Shown here: positions 37,230-50,692 of the stretch, in pieces
Layout: each line of letters begins with the position of its first letter
Position numbering within the stretch: position 1 is the first letter of the stretch
Source: Mytilus californianus
Taxonomy: Eukaryota
Assembly (NCBI RefSeq): GCF_021869535.1
Contig: NW_026262604.1
Coordinates: 6,262,001-6,326,000, forward strand
DNA length: 64,000 nucleotides
Reading direction: 5' to 3'
Notes under the pieces: model-generated
What the model saw: the letters and a program-made list of their open reading frames with translations, nothing else
The model's database searches: none
What the model was told of the DNA's origin: nothing
Made by a program: the position numbers and the translations under genes

Positions 37230-38540
37230 ATAGATTAGACACCGTTGGTTTTCCCGTTTGAATGGTTTTACACTACTAATTTTTTGGGTCCTTTATAGCT
37301 TGCTGTTCGGTTTGAGCCAAGGCTCCGTGTTGAAGACCATACGTTGACCTTTAATGGTTTACATTTACAAATTATGACTTGGATGGAGAGTTGTCTCATC
37401 GGCACTCATACCACATCTTCTTATATCTATATACAACGTAAACCAGACGTTTCTCAGACTGTTTTTCTTTTTTTAATAAATCCTTTGCTGCGCGTTGTGT
37501 ACTGATTGATAACTCAGTCTTGGAGAACAAGATTTATTTCAGTACCAGTTGTAATTAGGATTGAGCAAACTTCCAGTAATTGCAAATACTCTTATGTCGG
37601 TGCTTTGTGTCTATTGTCTTAATGTTATTTTTTTTGTGTGTCTCGTACCGATCTTTTGAGTTAATTTGCTGATTTGTGCAGGTTGTTATTTTATTGTACT
37701 GTAACTACTGTTACACCACTGTCCCAGCTTCGGGATGGGTTGCTCACAAACATGTTGTTGTACTGTTACACCGCTGTCCCAGATTAGGGGGAGGATTGGG
37801 ATCCCGCTAACATGTTTAACCCCGCCACATTCTGTATGTATGTGCTTGTCCCAAGTCAGGAACCTGTAATTCAGTGGTTGCCGTTTGTTGCTTTGTTATA
37901 CATATTTGTGTTTCGTTCATTTTTTTGTACATTAATTCGGCCGTTAGTTTTCTCGATTGAATTGTTTTACATTTTTGATTTCGAAGCCTTTTATAGCTGA
38001 CTATGCGCTGTAGGCTTTGCTTATTGTCGAAGGCCGTACGGTGACTTATAGCTGTTGATTTCTGTGTCATTTGATCTCTTGTGGAGAGTTGTCTCATTTG
38101 CAATCATACCACATCTTCGTTTTTATATCCACCCTGCCATATTCTTTATTTGCCTGTCCCAGGGATGGAGCCTGTAGTTTAGTGGTTGTCGTTGGTTCCT
38201 GTCTCGACTCATATTTGATATTTTGTAAATTGTTTTGTTATGTATAATTAGGCTGTTGGTTTTTTCGTTTGAATTGTTCACACTTTTCATGTCGGGCCTT
38301 TTATAGACGACTTTACAGTATCAGGTTTTTGTCATTGTTGAAGGCCTTACGATTGTCTACAAATAGCATTTGTCTACATGACGGCAAAAAGCTCTACCGA
38401 GCTTATGTTTGTAGTATTTCATGTAACCCGACTTAAAATAAATTTTTCTTATATCTTATCTTATCTTATCTATAATTGCTTACATCCACTTCATATTTGA
38501 ACTCCGGTGAATAGTTGCCTTATTAGCAATCATATTCGGC
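37230..38540 (+). repeat. Three adjacent copies/fragments of an abundant interspersed repeat family (class uncertain)
   Basis: Recurrent ...GAAGGCCGTACGGTGAC.TATAG...GAGAGTTGTCTCAT..GCAATCATACCACATCTTC; also seen at ~2570-2670, 57357-57738 and inverted at ~59225-59390. Confidence 0.75.
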
Positions 38541-39518
38541 ATCTCTTCATTTTTATATTTTGACTTCTAAGCTCGTGTTTGCCTGAACAAGCATGAAATA
38601 ATTTTCACTGGGCGTTAAAATTAGCAACAAACAATCAATCAATTTAAACTTGTGTTAAATAAGAGGAAAACCATTTGATATTTATTTATTTGTTGGGGTG
38701 GGGGACATAAGGATTTCATATATGAATATGATTGCCTGGTAAGAGCTGAAAAATAGGCACGATTAGCGACAGATTGAAATGAATAATAATGCCCTCTCTT
38801 CCCTTCCCCATCCTTCATCTATAAATTTAAACTGACCACCATGGAATAGCCCAATAGTGTTGAAAGTAGCGTTACACACCAATCAATCAAAATCCCTTCC
38901 CTAGAATATCAAATAATCGTCCCTTAACTGTTATTGTCCGTGTAGTTCTATATATTTATCCAGCTTATCGTCCTACAGGGATGTCCTACTAAGGCTGTCA
39001 TACCATAAAAACGTTTATAAAACAGCTCACATTCTTATATATCTGCGTTCATAAATTTATTAATTTCATTTAGACTAAACGACGCCATGTTTGTTATGTG
39101 CATCTGCCGTCAACCTATCAAAAAAGAAGAGGTGGAAGAGAGCCCAGAAGATCTTCCCAATGCAAATAAAAACCAGAAATGGACTTCTTCTGGCTCACTT
39201 CCGAAGAACAAAAAAAAAAAAAACGCGCCCCATTGAAATGCTTTAAAAACGCCTTGCCCCTACCCTTTTTTTCCCAAAAAAATGGCATTATTAAATATAT
39301 AAACATATATATAATCATCAAAATTAAAATGCTATTGTATTTTTATAAGACCTACTTTATTACATGACCTGGGACTAATGACATCTATCTATAAGTCCTA
39401 GCATACATTAATTATTATAATATGAATATGTTTCTTGTTTTTATAACCACATATGATGCTATGCATGAGTCACCATCTATCAGGACATGAATTGGGTTTA
39501 TTTACATAGAGAGGATAA

Positions 39519-39730
39519 GGGACGACATCAGAAAATCAATGAAGGATAAAAAACTTAATTCAAATAATTGCTGCAAGTTTTGTTTAATTAACATCGATTT
39601 ATATATTGGTCAATACATTTTTCCCAAATTAAGTTAAGAGGGGGGGGGGGGGGAGGGGTAGGGGTTGATTGAAAAAAAACTGTATGAATTAAGTTTTTTT
39701 TATCCTACATTGAACTTTTGATGTCGTCCC
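39519..39730. mobile_element. MITE with GGG...CCC termini and TAA TSD (PIF/Harbinger- or Zator-type)
   Basis: TIR GGGACGACATCA..CAATG.AGGATAAAAAACTTAATTCA mirrored at the right end; TAA on both sides. Confidence 0.88.
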
Positions 39731-41058
39731 TAATGTGCTAAAAAATAGATAAGGGGCGGGACCAAACCTATAGATAACATAATAAAGAAATGATTAAATA
39801 TACAGAATACGTTGATTGACTTTTGGTTGCCTTATGTCCAGTGGCAAATATGTCACGCATGTTTAGGACAAATATAATAGAGATCAAAGGATAAAGAATA
39901 GAGTGAAATGGTAAAAACTAAAAGATATAGAATTATAGAAACGATCTTTGACCTGAAACCCCTACCCTCACACACACACCATAACCATTACTGCCAATAC
40001 GCGCATATTTACATCTCTATACAAATATCTAAATTTGAACCTACTCTCCCCCGCCCCCCCCCCCCCCCCCGCCCCCCCCCCCCCCCCCCCCCCACACTAG
40101 ACACCGAGGTTTTGGATCCGCCCCTGTTAAATGTGTCTAATTATATACATTTTGTACGGGTCTAGATAATAGCTAAACGTACAATCATATAATTTGTTGG
40201 ATACCTAATTATATTATATAATGTGTCACAAAATAAACTTGTATACCCCCCCCCCCCTTCCCAATGCAGTATTGAAAAGTAAATCATTTAAAAGTCCTGA
40301 AGATAAAATATGTTTTGAAATATGCCCTGAATACTTATTTATGCAAAGACATATAGTAATTATTGAACTACTATGGGGCTTGAAAAAAAACTATTTAAGG
40401 GATTCGGAGACGAGAACAGTAAAAAAAAGCTCAGCAACGAATCCTAAATGTAAAATGATTTGCAGCATAAGACATGAGAGCACATACTATAGATAGTATT
40501 AAATATGAAGTTCACGCCTCATATAGTGAAGTCCTATGTCATAGGACTATTGTTGTAACATGGGTTAGTACCTGGTTCCAATTTATCCTGAATTGTCTTT
40601 ATTAAAGAATTAGTTCCGGAGTATAACAGCTTATGTCTCTACTTGTGGGTTTCTGGTTCTGCTGTCGTAATTAGGTGATTTTTTTTCTACATGTAGTAAA
40701 AAAAGAGGGGGCTTAGTCCAAATAATTGTAACGTCCTGGATGCTCTTTATTCTTTTTTCATGTGTGCCTTCCTGCAACGTCTCTGAGGATCAAGAAATGT
40801 AAAAAATGATATAGCACTAAAGAACGTCATGATTACATGTATCTGGACTTAGAAGGGGGAAGGGGGCTAGCTATGTATTTTTTTTATTTCAATGTGTAGA
40901 CTGATTCTTCTTCTGAGAGTTTCTTCAGAAAAGGTTTTCATTGGAGGTGTTTTTGCCATGCACGCAGGCATCTGTTTCTATCCACGAACAAGTAGTGTGT
41001 CAAATTAATTATTATTACTTGTCACTCGCATTTTTACTCGTCCTGGCCATTATTGGCA

Positions 41059-41548
41059 TTAACAGCCAGTGCACGAACTCGCACGAACGCCAAATTTAGT
41101 TAGAGGGGCGATATTCTGACGCGTTTTTTAATTCTTGGTCACTCAAGTTTAGAAAGAAAGGGGAGAAATCCAAACAACTACCGACCAATCACAAACGTTG
41201 TTGCAAATTTGACCATATGACGTCAAAGAATTTCCCATAATGCAATTATTGCATATAAATAAAAAACTACTATACCAATCGAATAAAAAATATTGCATTC
41301 AAATGACATTTTATACCAATTGAATAAAAAATATTGCATTTGAACGAAAATTAAACCATTTGAAAGAAAAATTATACCATTTGAATGAAAAATTATACCA
41401 TTTGAATGAAAAATATTGCATTTAAATGAAAAAATATACCATTCAAATAAAAAAATGTTGCATTTAAATGAAGAAATATACCAATTAAATAAGAAATATT
41501 GCATTTAAATGAAAAATATCAAATTTTTGCAACCAATACCATGCCATA
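41059..41548 (-). repeat. Right arm of the ~500-bp inverted repeat pair
   Basis: See 36594-37102. Confidence 0.92.
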
Positions 41549-43029
41549 CAAAGCCCCAGGTGAAGTCTGATATTGGAGGAAGAATCAGATTATTCATTTT
41601 AAAATTTGGCAATGTACGGAAGGGAGTATGATTGGAACTATTTGTTAAGCATCACGCTGGTGTAACTATTTTCCATGATAACTTGGAATTTCATGGAAAT
41701 ATAGTTTTTGATTAATTCAAAATCAATTTGAGATTTTTTTATAACTTTATATATATAAAAGATAAAACAAAGTGTATATGCATCAGCTTGTACAGTTGTG
41801 TTTATAACTATTTGATATAACACAGGGTGATAAACTTGTTAAGGTAATTTTTTTTTGGGGGGGGGGGGACTTAAATAAATTCCATAGAATGTTTTAATAA
41901 TTTTTCAAAATGTAGTTTTTATCATGCTTTTTTTCCAAAATATAATAAAAAGTATGGGTTACCGAACTTTTTTTGAAACTACAAGTTGTGCAAATTGTCA
42001 GATTTTGTATTGATTATGCATGGAAAATCCATTTGGTTTCAGGGGATGTTATTTATGCGTTTGTTGGCTATAAAATCTGCGGTACTTTGGGCTAAGGAAT
42101 ATACATATTCTAATGGGGATACATCTTCCTTATGACTGCGTCAATAACTGTTTCTAAATGATAAAATTAATATATTTCTTCAGGCAGGGTCGGATTATAC
42201 ACAAAAGAATAAAGACAGGTGTTCAAATTATGTCCTTCATGTAGACCACTTTCGAATTATGTCCTTCACCGGGAAAAAAATCCGTCAATTATGCGCGCCT
42301 TTATGACGTCATTTACCAGATAGAGGGATCGCCTGTGTGTCACTGCACTATTAACGTTCATCAAGCGTCTTAGTGATCGTCATTGTGCAGGATAAACTAG
42401 AAATACTATTTGTTCCGTTGATACTTATTCACAATTCCCTAATGACAGCAGTGTTGATTGTCAATTTAAGAATTTGATTTGCCGAATAATTCGTGCAATA
42501 GCGGCATCTTATTTTTCTAACCACTCGCTCAACATGGGAACGGAAGTGACGATGCCCTTAAACACACGAATGATGTTTACTAAAATCAAAGTTTTTGACA
42601 GAAATGCATCGAACTCGAAAGTTGTCTATTACTTTATAAGTTCAAAGATGCAGGGGTCAAGTTAGCTCATGAAACGTTTCAAGATCTTTAAATTACGTGA
42701 TAAACTAGAATATGGTAAAAGAGTATTTCTGGTAATGGAAATAATATAGATCAAACGTATAAAGCAATGTCAAAAAAGTATCGTCTTCTTCCCTAGTTCC
42801 TGTGATAATTTTATAGGTTGAGACATGGGTGAATTAATGAAGTAAATAAATACATAATTATATATTTTCAGCCTGCAAGAACAACAAAGTCCTGGAATAT
42901 TTCCTTTATTTCTGACTTTATACACATGAAGTAAATCATTTTAATCTAAGATTAACTGCGTATAGAAGAATTAGAGATATCCATTACCAGACAAACAAAT
43001 ACAGAACTACATATAGATAATAAGAGACT

Positions 43030-44547
43030 ATGTCTAATAACGAAGATAAAACTTCTACGATTATGTCCCTTGATCAGACTAATTGCCATGCACCACAGGA
43101 CCAAACAAGGTGTCAAATTAAGGAACAAACTATTTGTGATAAAGATTTGAGTTGTAATTCAGATCTAGAAAAACAAATAAGAACACATTCAGGGATGAAA
43201 TCTTTTAAATTTAATGAAGATATCACAGCAGATAGTGTTTCAATAAATTACCAGTTGCACGGAAACGTGAGAACACAAACATCTGATAGACCTTTTATAT
43301 GTGGTGTGTGTAATAAAACGTTTAGTCGGCAACCTTATTTACTACAACACATGAAAATACACACTGGTGATAAACCGTATAAATGTGATATATGTGGTAG
43401 AGGGTTCAGTACAAAAGGCATCTTAAAAACCCATCTAAGAACACATACCATTGAAAAACGTTATAAATGTAATGTATGTGGAAAAGGGGTTAATGGTAGT
43501 TTACAGGCTCACATGAGAACACATACTGGTGTAAAACCTTATAAATGTGATGTATGTTATAAAGGGTGTAATACAAGTAGCGGCCTAACTAGACACATGA
43601 GAACACACACATGTGACAAACCTTATAAATGTGATGAATGTTTTCGAGTGTTTGATCACAGTGTAATATTAAAGAACCACATCAGAAGATCACATATTAG
43701 AATGAAACCTTATAAATGTGATGTATGTGGTAAGGAATTAAGTCTAAACGCCGGGTTTCAGGCACACATGAGAACACATACTGGTGATAAACCTTATAAA
43801 TGTGATGTATGTTGTACACGGTTTAATCATAAATCGAACTTAGCTAAACACATTAGAACACATGATGGATATAAAGAATTTAAATGTGGTGTTTGTAGTA
43901 AAGAATTCAGTAGAAGCGGTGGATTACAGTTACACATAAAGAGAACACATACCGGAAAGAATAGAGATAAACCTTTTGAATGTGATGTATGTGGTAAAGG
44001 TTTTAAAGGTAGAGAGAACTTGAATAGACACATGAGAATACATACCGGTGATAAACCTTATGAATGTGATGTATGTTGTAGATCGTTTTATTATAGATGG
44101 AGCTTTGATAAACACGTAAAATTACATACGGTTGATGAACCTTATAAATGTGATGTATGCTTTCAAGTGTTTAATAATATCGTAAACTTAAAGAACCACA
44201 TCGGCAGAACACATATTGGAAACAAACCTTATAAATGTGATGTATGTGGCAAGGAATTTAGTCTCAATAGCGGGTTAAAGGCACACATGAGAACGCATAC
44301 GGGCGGTAAACCTTATAAATGTGATGTTTGCTGTAAAGGATTCAATCAAAGAGGCAACTTAACGACACATATGATAACACATACTAGTGATAAACCTTAT
44401 AAATGTGATATTTGCGAGACAGGATTCAATCAAAGAGGCAACTTAGCTACACACATGAAGAAACATACTGATATTAAATGTGAAGTTTGTGGACTAATAT
44501 TCATGTCTCATGAACACTTACAGAACCACGTGACATCACACACTTGA
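43030..44547 (+). CDS. C2H2 zinc-finger protein ZNF-D (505 aa; 15 fingers plus two decayed N-terminal fingers)
   Basis: Uninterrupted ORF with TGDKPYKCDVC linkers; acceptor TATATTTTCAG at 42871; starts MSNNE like ZNF-A. Confidence 0.93.
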   Translation: MSNNEDKTSTIMSLDQTNCHAPQDQTRCQIKEQTICDKDLSCNSDLEKQIRTHSGMKSFKFNEDITADSVSINYQLHGNVRTQTSDRPFICGVCNKTFSRQPYLLQHMKIHTGDKPYKCDICGRGFSTKGILKTHLRTHTIEKRYKCNVCGKGVNGSLQAHMRTHTGVKPYKCDVCYKGCNTSSGLTRHMRTHTCDKPYKCDECFRVFDHSVILKNHIRRSHIRMKPYKCDVCGKELSLNAGFQAHMRTHTGDKPYKCDVCCTRFNHKSNLAKHIRTHDGYKEFKCGVCSKEFSRSGGLQLHIKRTHTGKNRDKPFECDVCGKGFKGRENLNRHMRIHTGDKPYECDVCCRSFYYRWSFDKHVKLHTVDEPYKCDVCFQVFNNIVNLKNHIGRTHIGNKPYKCDVCGKEFSLNSGLKAHMRTHTGGKPYKCDVCCKGFNQRGNLTTHMITHTSDKPYKCDICETGFNQRGNLATHMKKHTDIKCEVCGLIFMSHEHLQNHVTSHT

Positions 44548-44846
44548 CCACACATACTTGACTGAATTTAAATGATTGTGAAGTTTGTGGACTAATATTC
44601 ATGTGTCTCATCAACACTTACAGAACCACGTGACATCACACACTTGCAGAACCACATGACAACACACACTTGACTGAATAGACTTAACATTCACTGCATG
44701 AGATCTGGACACATTGATCATGTGGTGTTAGTGATGAGCAGCTGAGACATCCAATACCACTCCGTTTTCGTATTGATATATTGAAATATTTATCCTATGA
44801 TATATTTTTAACAACAATATAACCTACATACATAAATTGCAATGAA

Positions 44847-45451
44847 CATGAGTTGTAGTGTATTATAAATTCTAATCCACATGAGTTGTAGTGTATTGTA
44901 AATTCTAATCCACATTAGTTGTAGTGTATTATAAATCTAATCCACATTAGTTGTAGTGTATTGTAAATTTATTCCACATCAGTTGTAATGTATTTTAATT
45001 CTAATCCACATCAGTTGAAGGATATTTTAAGATTTAATCTACCTACGTTGTAGTGAATTATAAATCTATTTCACATCAGTTGTAGTGTATTTTAAAATTA
45101 AATCCACATGGGTTGAAGTGTATTTTGAATTTAATCCATATGAGTTGTAGTGTATTTTAAATCTAATCCATATGAGTTGAAGTGAGTTAAAAATCTTATT
45201 TACCTCAGTTGTAGTGTATTTTAAATCTAATCCATATGAGTTGTGCTGTATTTTAGATAAAATTCACACGAGTTGTAGTTATTTTAAAATCTAATCCCTT
45301 GAGTTGTAGTGTATTTAAAAATTTAATCCCTTGAGTTGTAGTGTATTTTAAAATTTAATCCCTTGAGTTGTAGTGTATTTTAAAATTTAATCCCTTGAGT
45401 TGTAGTGTATTTTAAAATTTTAATCCACATGAGTTGTGGTGTATTTAAAAT
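44847..45451. repeat. 32-bp minisatellite, ~19 copies, downstream of ZNF-D
   Basis: Unit GAGTTGTAGTGTATTTTAAAATTTAATCCCTT (anchors 45301, 45333, 45365, 45397); stray units at ~46435-46520 and ~49430-49500. Confidence 0.92.
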
Positions 45452-45605
45452 TGTTGTCTACTTATAGGTTAAACAATACTTGGTCATGTTTTATGAAGAT
45501 TTAAAGCTTAAGGCGAAGCTGACAGTTCATTGCAATTTGATAACACCACAACTCGTGGGATTATCTATAAGATAAGGTCGATTTAAGATACATCTAATAC
45601 TAATT

Positions 45606-45648
<43 letters not shown>
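45606..45648. repeat. (GA)n microsatellite
   Basis: Direct reading. Confidence 0.95.
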
Positions 45649-45650
<2 letters not shown>

Positions 45651-47088
45651 TACGAAAGCAAGATGGAGACGGGTCAAAATCGCTCCTCAGATAAGTTATA
45701 TTTATAATTGGAATTTAAAATACACACAATGTTATATAAATCCGCTTTTTGATTTTTTTATAATTATAAAACTCACTGTATAAATATTTTAATTCAGACC
45801 ATCATTCAACATTAGATGCCTACTTTTTATTGATAAATGTACTTGTATTGTGTTTCTCAAAAACAAAATCCTTCAGCAGTCTGGCATTGTTTTCTTGAAA
45901 GAAAAAAAATTAATTCACTCAAATGCCAGATATATGAGTACCATTACAAAATATATTCACGTTTGCAAAATTCAAAATGTTTTTTTTAGGTCTTTCCACT
46001 TTTTGGTGGAAAGACCTGTTGTATTTGTTCTGATTATTATTAGGTCTTTCCACTTTTCGGTTCCATTCATTTATCGCATCAGTTTGAAGAAACTTATGAT
46101 TGGATACCAATTTTAACTTGAGTAAACCAGAACTAGCTTCTTTCAAATAACTTTGAAAATTGATGTAGAAAGACCTTCAATTGTTCTCTGAGCAATTGGT
46201 TTTGAATTTTATTCTTTAATCTTTCATCTTTAATAGGAAGGCTATTTTCCCAAGGAAAAGTCCTCAGGGTATTGTACACTTCGTTATTGTAGTTATTAAG
46301 AGTTCACTTTCATAATTAATCTACAATGAAAAGTCATTCATGTATAGTATTTTATAGAGCATGGAATGCCATGTACTATGAAAATTAGAGGGAGAAATGA
46401 CTTTTCATTGGACGAGAAGGGTGAGTATGTTCTGAATGAGTTGCAGTGTATTTGTAATTGGAATCCACTTGTTTAATGTATTTTAAATCTAATCCATATG
46501 AGTTGTCTTGTATTTTATATAAAATTCTCACGAATTGTAGTTTAGAACTCGACTAATGAAATTATAGGATTTGGTATTTCTTAATTGTGAAGAATGGATG
46601 AAATCATGTTCTTAGTAAAGGATTTTCCTATTGTTTAGACCTACTTACAGTTCAAAACAAAGAGTTTTTATGAATGAGTTACAAATGCCCCAAAGCACAT
46701 TTATCAGCTGTCAAGAATTTGTGATTAAAACTGACTAAAAGTTGATTTTTGAAACAAACATATAAATTAGAAGAAGATGAAGTTTATTGGAGCAGTAATA
46801 TTGGCACCTGAAGTGTTATTATGAGAATATTAATAACTTCGAATTCAAATTACTAAAAAAATAAACAATATCAAAGCAGCGCAAAAAAAACCAATCAATT
46901 TAAGATTGAATAATACCTAAATAGTAAACTTATACTCTTTCAAAATCTCATATTATTGAATCCGCGGTAAGTGAGAATAGCTTTCCAATATTCTGATAAA
47001 ATCTAAAGAAAGGAATTATGTTTATCTTTTGAATATATTTTAAACTTTTAAAGGCATTGTATATCAGCATGTCCCTGAAAACAATTTG

Positions 47089-47215
47089 TAGTAGCTGATC
47101 CAGAAATTTTCAAAAAGGGGGGAGAGGGATTGACTGCCAAAAAGGGGGCTGCACCAGTCATGCTTTAGTAATTTCCTAAATAATCAACCAAGTTTTCCCC
47201 ATAAATCTGCCTCTG
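47089..47215. mobile_element. Degenerate CAGTGGCGGATCC-family MITE
   Basis: Same internal core; flanks ATTTG/ATCTG. Confidence 0.65.
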
Positions 47216-48361
47216 ATCTGATGTAAAGGACTAGACTTACATATTTGATGTAAAATAAAATTTAGTTGTTACTTAAATTTTGAATTTATTGATTTAAACT
47301 GGAAATAAACAAAAAAGATAAATCCTCGCTAAAATATTACATGGTGATGATTTACATTCATACTCACAAACAGGAAACATTTGTTTTTGTTCGATTGTAT
47401 TTGAATTATCTCCCCTTAATTTAGGTTGTCATTTATTTTGTGATTCTGTCCAATATGTCATGTCTGATCCTTATCTGTGAATGATCTCTTGTGGCCTCTC
47501 CTGGTACCTCTCATGTTCAACATCATTGTATAGACAGTGATGCATGTGGCTAGAGGAGAAGGCTAGCTGATGCCATTAACCTTATCAACATATTCAGGTA
47601 TTCTAATCCAGAGTGATAAATGATGAGTATGATCGAGTAGATAATAGACATTTGCGGATACTAGGTCTATACCAGGATTACACTCAGACCTACGATTACA
47701 GTTCACGAAAAACAAGGGGTCATCTCAAAATTAAAAAAAATAATAGAGATACATAGTAAAACCAAATGATTTTTTTTAGTATTGTAATATGACTTTTCGA
47801 CGACATACTAATGCAGCGCATATGGTCACAACAGATTCGAATCGCTGTATTGGATGTCACCGAAAATCCCCATAAACTTTGCATATTTATTTATTAATTT
47901 CAACCTTCACTCTTTAGTGTGTAATACGTGTTTTTAATTGTCTACATTCACTCTGCATATTCTGGGAGTTCTCGAATAATCTTGTATAAGGTGTCAATGC
48001 TTGATGTCTATTCGGATATCTTTTGTCATCCACAAAAACAAGCAGAGAAGCATACGCTCTCCCCGAGAAACATGGATCTTCTCTTTATGTTATATTCTAA
48101 AATTGTGTCTTCAATATTTTTGTATAGAAAAATCAGCCAAAATTTCGTTCTGGTGGTACTCTGCAAATGGCGCACTTGAAAATCACGGGAAAATGCGGTA
48201 AACAAGTTACATAATATAATTATTTAACCCACCTCAGCGCAGTTTTTTGAAATACATTTGTATCAATGTCCTTTGTTTTCACGATTACTCTTTTGTATCC
48301 GCATCTGCTCCCTTAGCGACTTAAATAGTGTGTGACTTATTTTAACAACTTCTTCTCGCCA

Positions 48362-48590
48362 GTTAATAAAATTGAGAATGGAAATGGGGAATGTGTCAAA
48401 GAGACAACAACCCGACCATAGAACAGACAACAGCAGAAGGTCACCAACAGGTCTTCAATGCAGCGAGAAATTCCCGCACCCGGAGGCGTCCTTCAGCTGG
48501 CCCCTAAACAAATATATATACTAGTTCAGTGATAATGAACGCCATACTAAACTCCAAATTGTACACAAGAAACTAAAATTAAAAATAATA
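48362..48590 (+). repeat. Fragment of an interspersed repeat (class unknown)
   Basis: GC-richer island starting AATAAAATTGAGAATGGAAATGGGGAATGTGTCAAAGAGAC; recalled as an abundant Mytilus repeat, not verified by search. Confidence 0.45.
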
Positions 48591-49813
48591 AACCTTTGCA
48601 CCATTTTGATATCCCTTTTAATCAAAGGAATTATTTTGAGGATAAACCTAGCCTACGACAATTGCGATTTTTTTTTCACGTCTCGTGTAAAATTCATTGA
48701 ATTATAGTTTACTATTTTATCATACTCCGTACATTTGCATCATGTCAAACCTTGATTACACCATGTTTAATAATTATGTATACACATTACTACATTCATT
48801 TTTTTAAAACCCCGTTGTTCAACTATAGAAAAAAAATTCATAGGAGTTAGACTTTGTTTTGGAACGAAGTTTTATATTTACACTTTGAGAAGACCCAAGA
48901 TTTAAAGTTACCAGTAAGTGTAATTGTAATCCTAATCGTAGATGTATGAAAGTTTCCGCAAATGTCTAATTATCATATATATATAATATACAATTAGCAT
49001 ATCTAACTTTTTAATTTTAGACTGTTATTGAAAAATTTAATATTAATACGTGTATTATGAATTATCTATATATTAATGTATCACAATGCTTGGGTTTTTT
49101 TCAGATAAAATAAAAATAAATTACAAAAAAAACAGGAAACCTTTTTTACTATTTCATTGTACTGTTGTGTCATCTAATGTCTAAAACACAATCTATTATA
49201 TTTTCCAAAATTATAAGAAAGTCCTTATATCACTAAAACTAATCCATAAATGAAATAGTTAAAAAAAAAGGCATTGGTGCATTTATTAATACAACCAATC
49301 AAGAGATCATTTGCGCCTTATCCACTTTAAAATATTCTAAGTTTGTAAGAGAATGCTAACGCTCGTACTTAATCGTGTAGAAAGGGATTATCATTCTCTT
49401 ACATATACTTATTTTTAAATTTAATTCCTAGGGTTGTTGTGTATTTTAAAAAAAATTCTTATCCACATGAGTTGTAGTGTGTTTTAAATCTAATTCACAT
49501 ACGTGTCATGGTCCATCTTGTCCTCATTCCAATATTGCATTTTGAAACATTGATCTAACTGCTACATTGATTTGTGATGTTACAGCAAATACAATGTTTT
49601 CTTTCCCATATTTTCATATCAATTTTTACCGACATTTTAGAACATTTATATGCTGATCCTTGGACATAATAAAGTACGAGTCCACACCTTTTGGGGAAAA
49701 ATAATAAAAGCATGCAATTTATACTCGTCACATAAATTTAAACATTAAGAAACAATTATAAAAAATCATGCAAAATGCATTTCATGTGTGTCATTGTCCT
49801 GAAAATATAAACA

Positions 49814-50074
49814 TTTGATTTGATTTTTGTTTTTTTAACGCCACTTTTGAGCACCGCTTTTGGGCTATTTCGTGGCGGCCAGTTTTTATTGGTGGAGGTA
49901 GCCGGAGTGCCCGGAGAAAACCACCGACCTTCGATAGGAAAACTGACAATTCTAGTCAATTAAGATTGGAGTCGAGTGCACCCGCACGAGCGGGGATCGA
50001 ACTCACAACCTCAGTGTTAAACTGGCTAGTGATTACAGTAGTAACTACTTAGACCACTCGGCCACTGAGGCCCC
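49814..50074 (-). mobile_element. Full-length tRNA-derived SINE with V-domain-like centre
   Basis: On -: GGGGCCTCAGTGGCCGAGTGG (A-box), GAGTTCGATCCC (B-box), GGTGGTTTTCTCCGGGCACTCCGGCTACCTCCACC, AATCAAATCAAA tail. Confidence 0.85.
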
Positions 50075-50692
50075 TAAAACATATTATGTGATATACAATT
50101 AATGAACTGAAAACTGAAAGTTACTTTGTCCTCAGTCAACATACTTCTTTCAGGTCAAAATATCCTGTATCGACCTCATCATGCTCATACAAATGTTATG
50201 GTTGTATAAATTAATAGTTTCTTGTGAGTGATTGAATAGTTAATAAATACAATATTGAGTTTTCAATTGGTGTTCACGTTTTATTTTAGTTTGCGTATTG
50301 TATATTCTAACGTGCGTAATATATTGTATTACAGTCTGGCGCACGTACTGAAAAGTAAAATCATAAAAATACTGTACTCAGAGGGTAGTCAAAAGCTCAA
50401 ACACACCAAACGAATGGATAACAACTGTCATATTCCTGACTTGGCCATGGTACAGGCATTTTCTTATGTTGAAAATGGTGGATTAAACCTGGTTTTATAG
50501 CTAGCTAAACCTCTCACTTGTATGACAGTCGCATTAACTTTCATTATATTGACAACGATGTGACAGTGTGAACAAAACAAACAGACATGAATAGTTAAAA
50601 ATGTCAAAATAGGGGTACAGCAGTCAACACTATGTTATAATCTTAATCACTAAAAAAAACAAACAAATATATGTAACAAAGAAACCCAAAAA

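Noticed and set aside
39085-39210. Peptide MCICRQP resembling a PHD start
   Set aside because: The remaining Cys/His ligands are absent and the ORF is short.
44847-45451. CRISPR-like 32-bp periodicity
   Set aside because: The units are contiguous with no unique spacers, there are no cas genes, and the context is eukaryotic.
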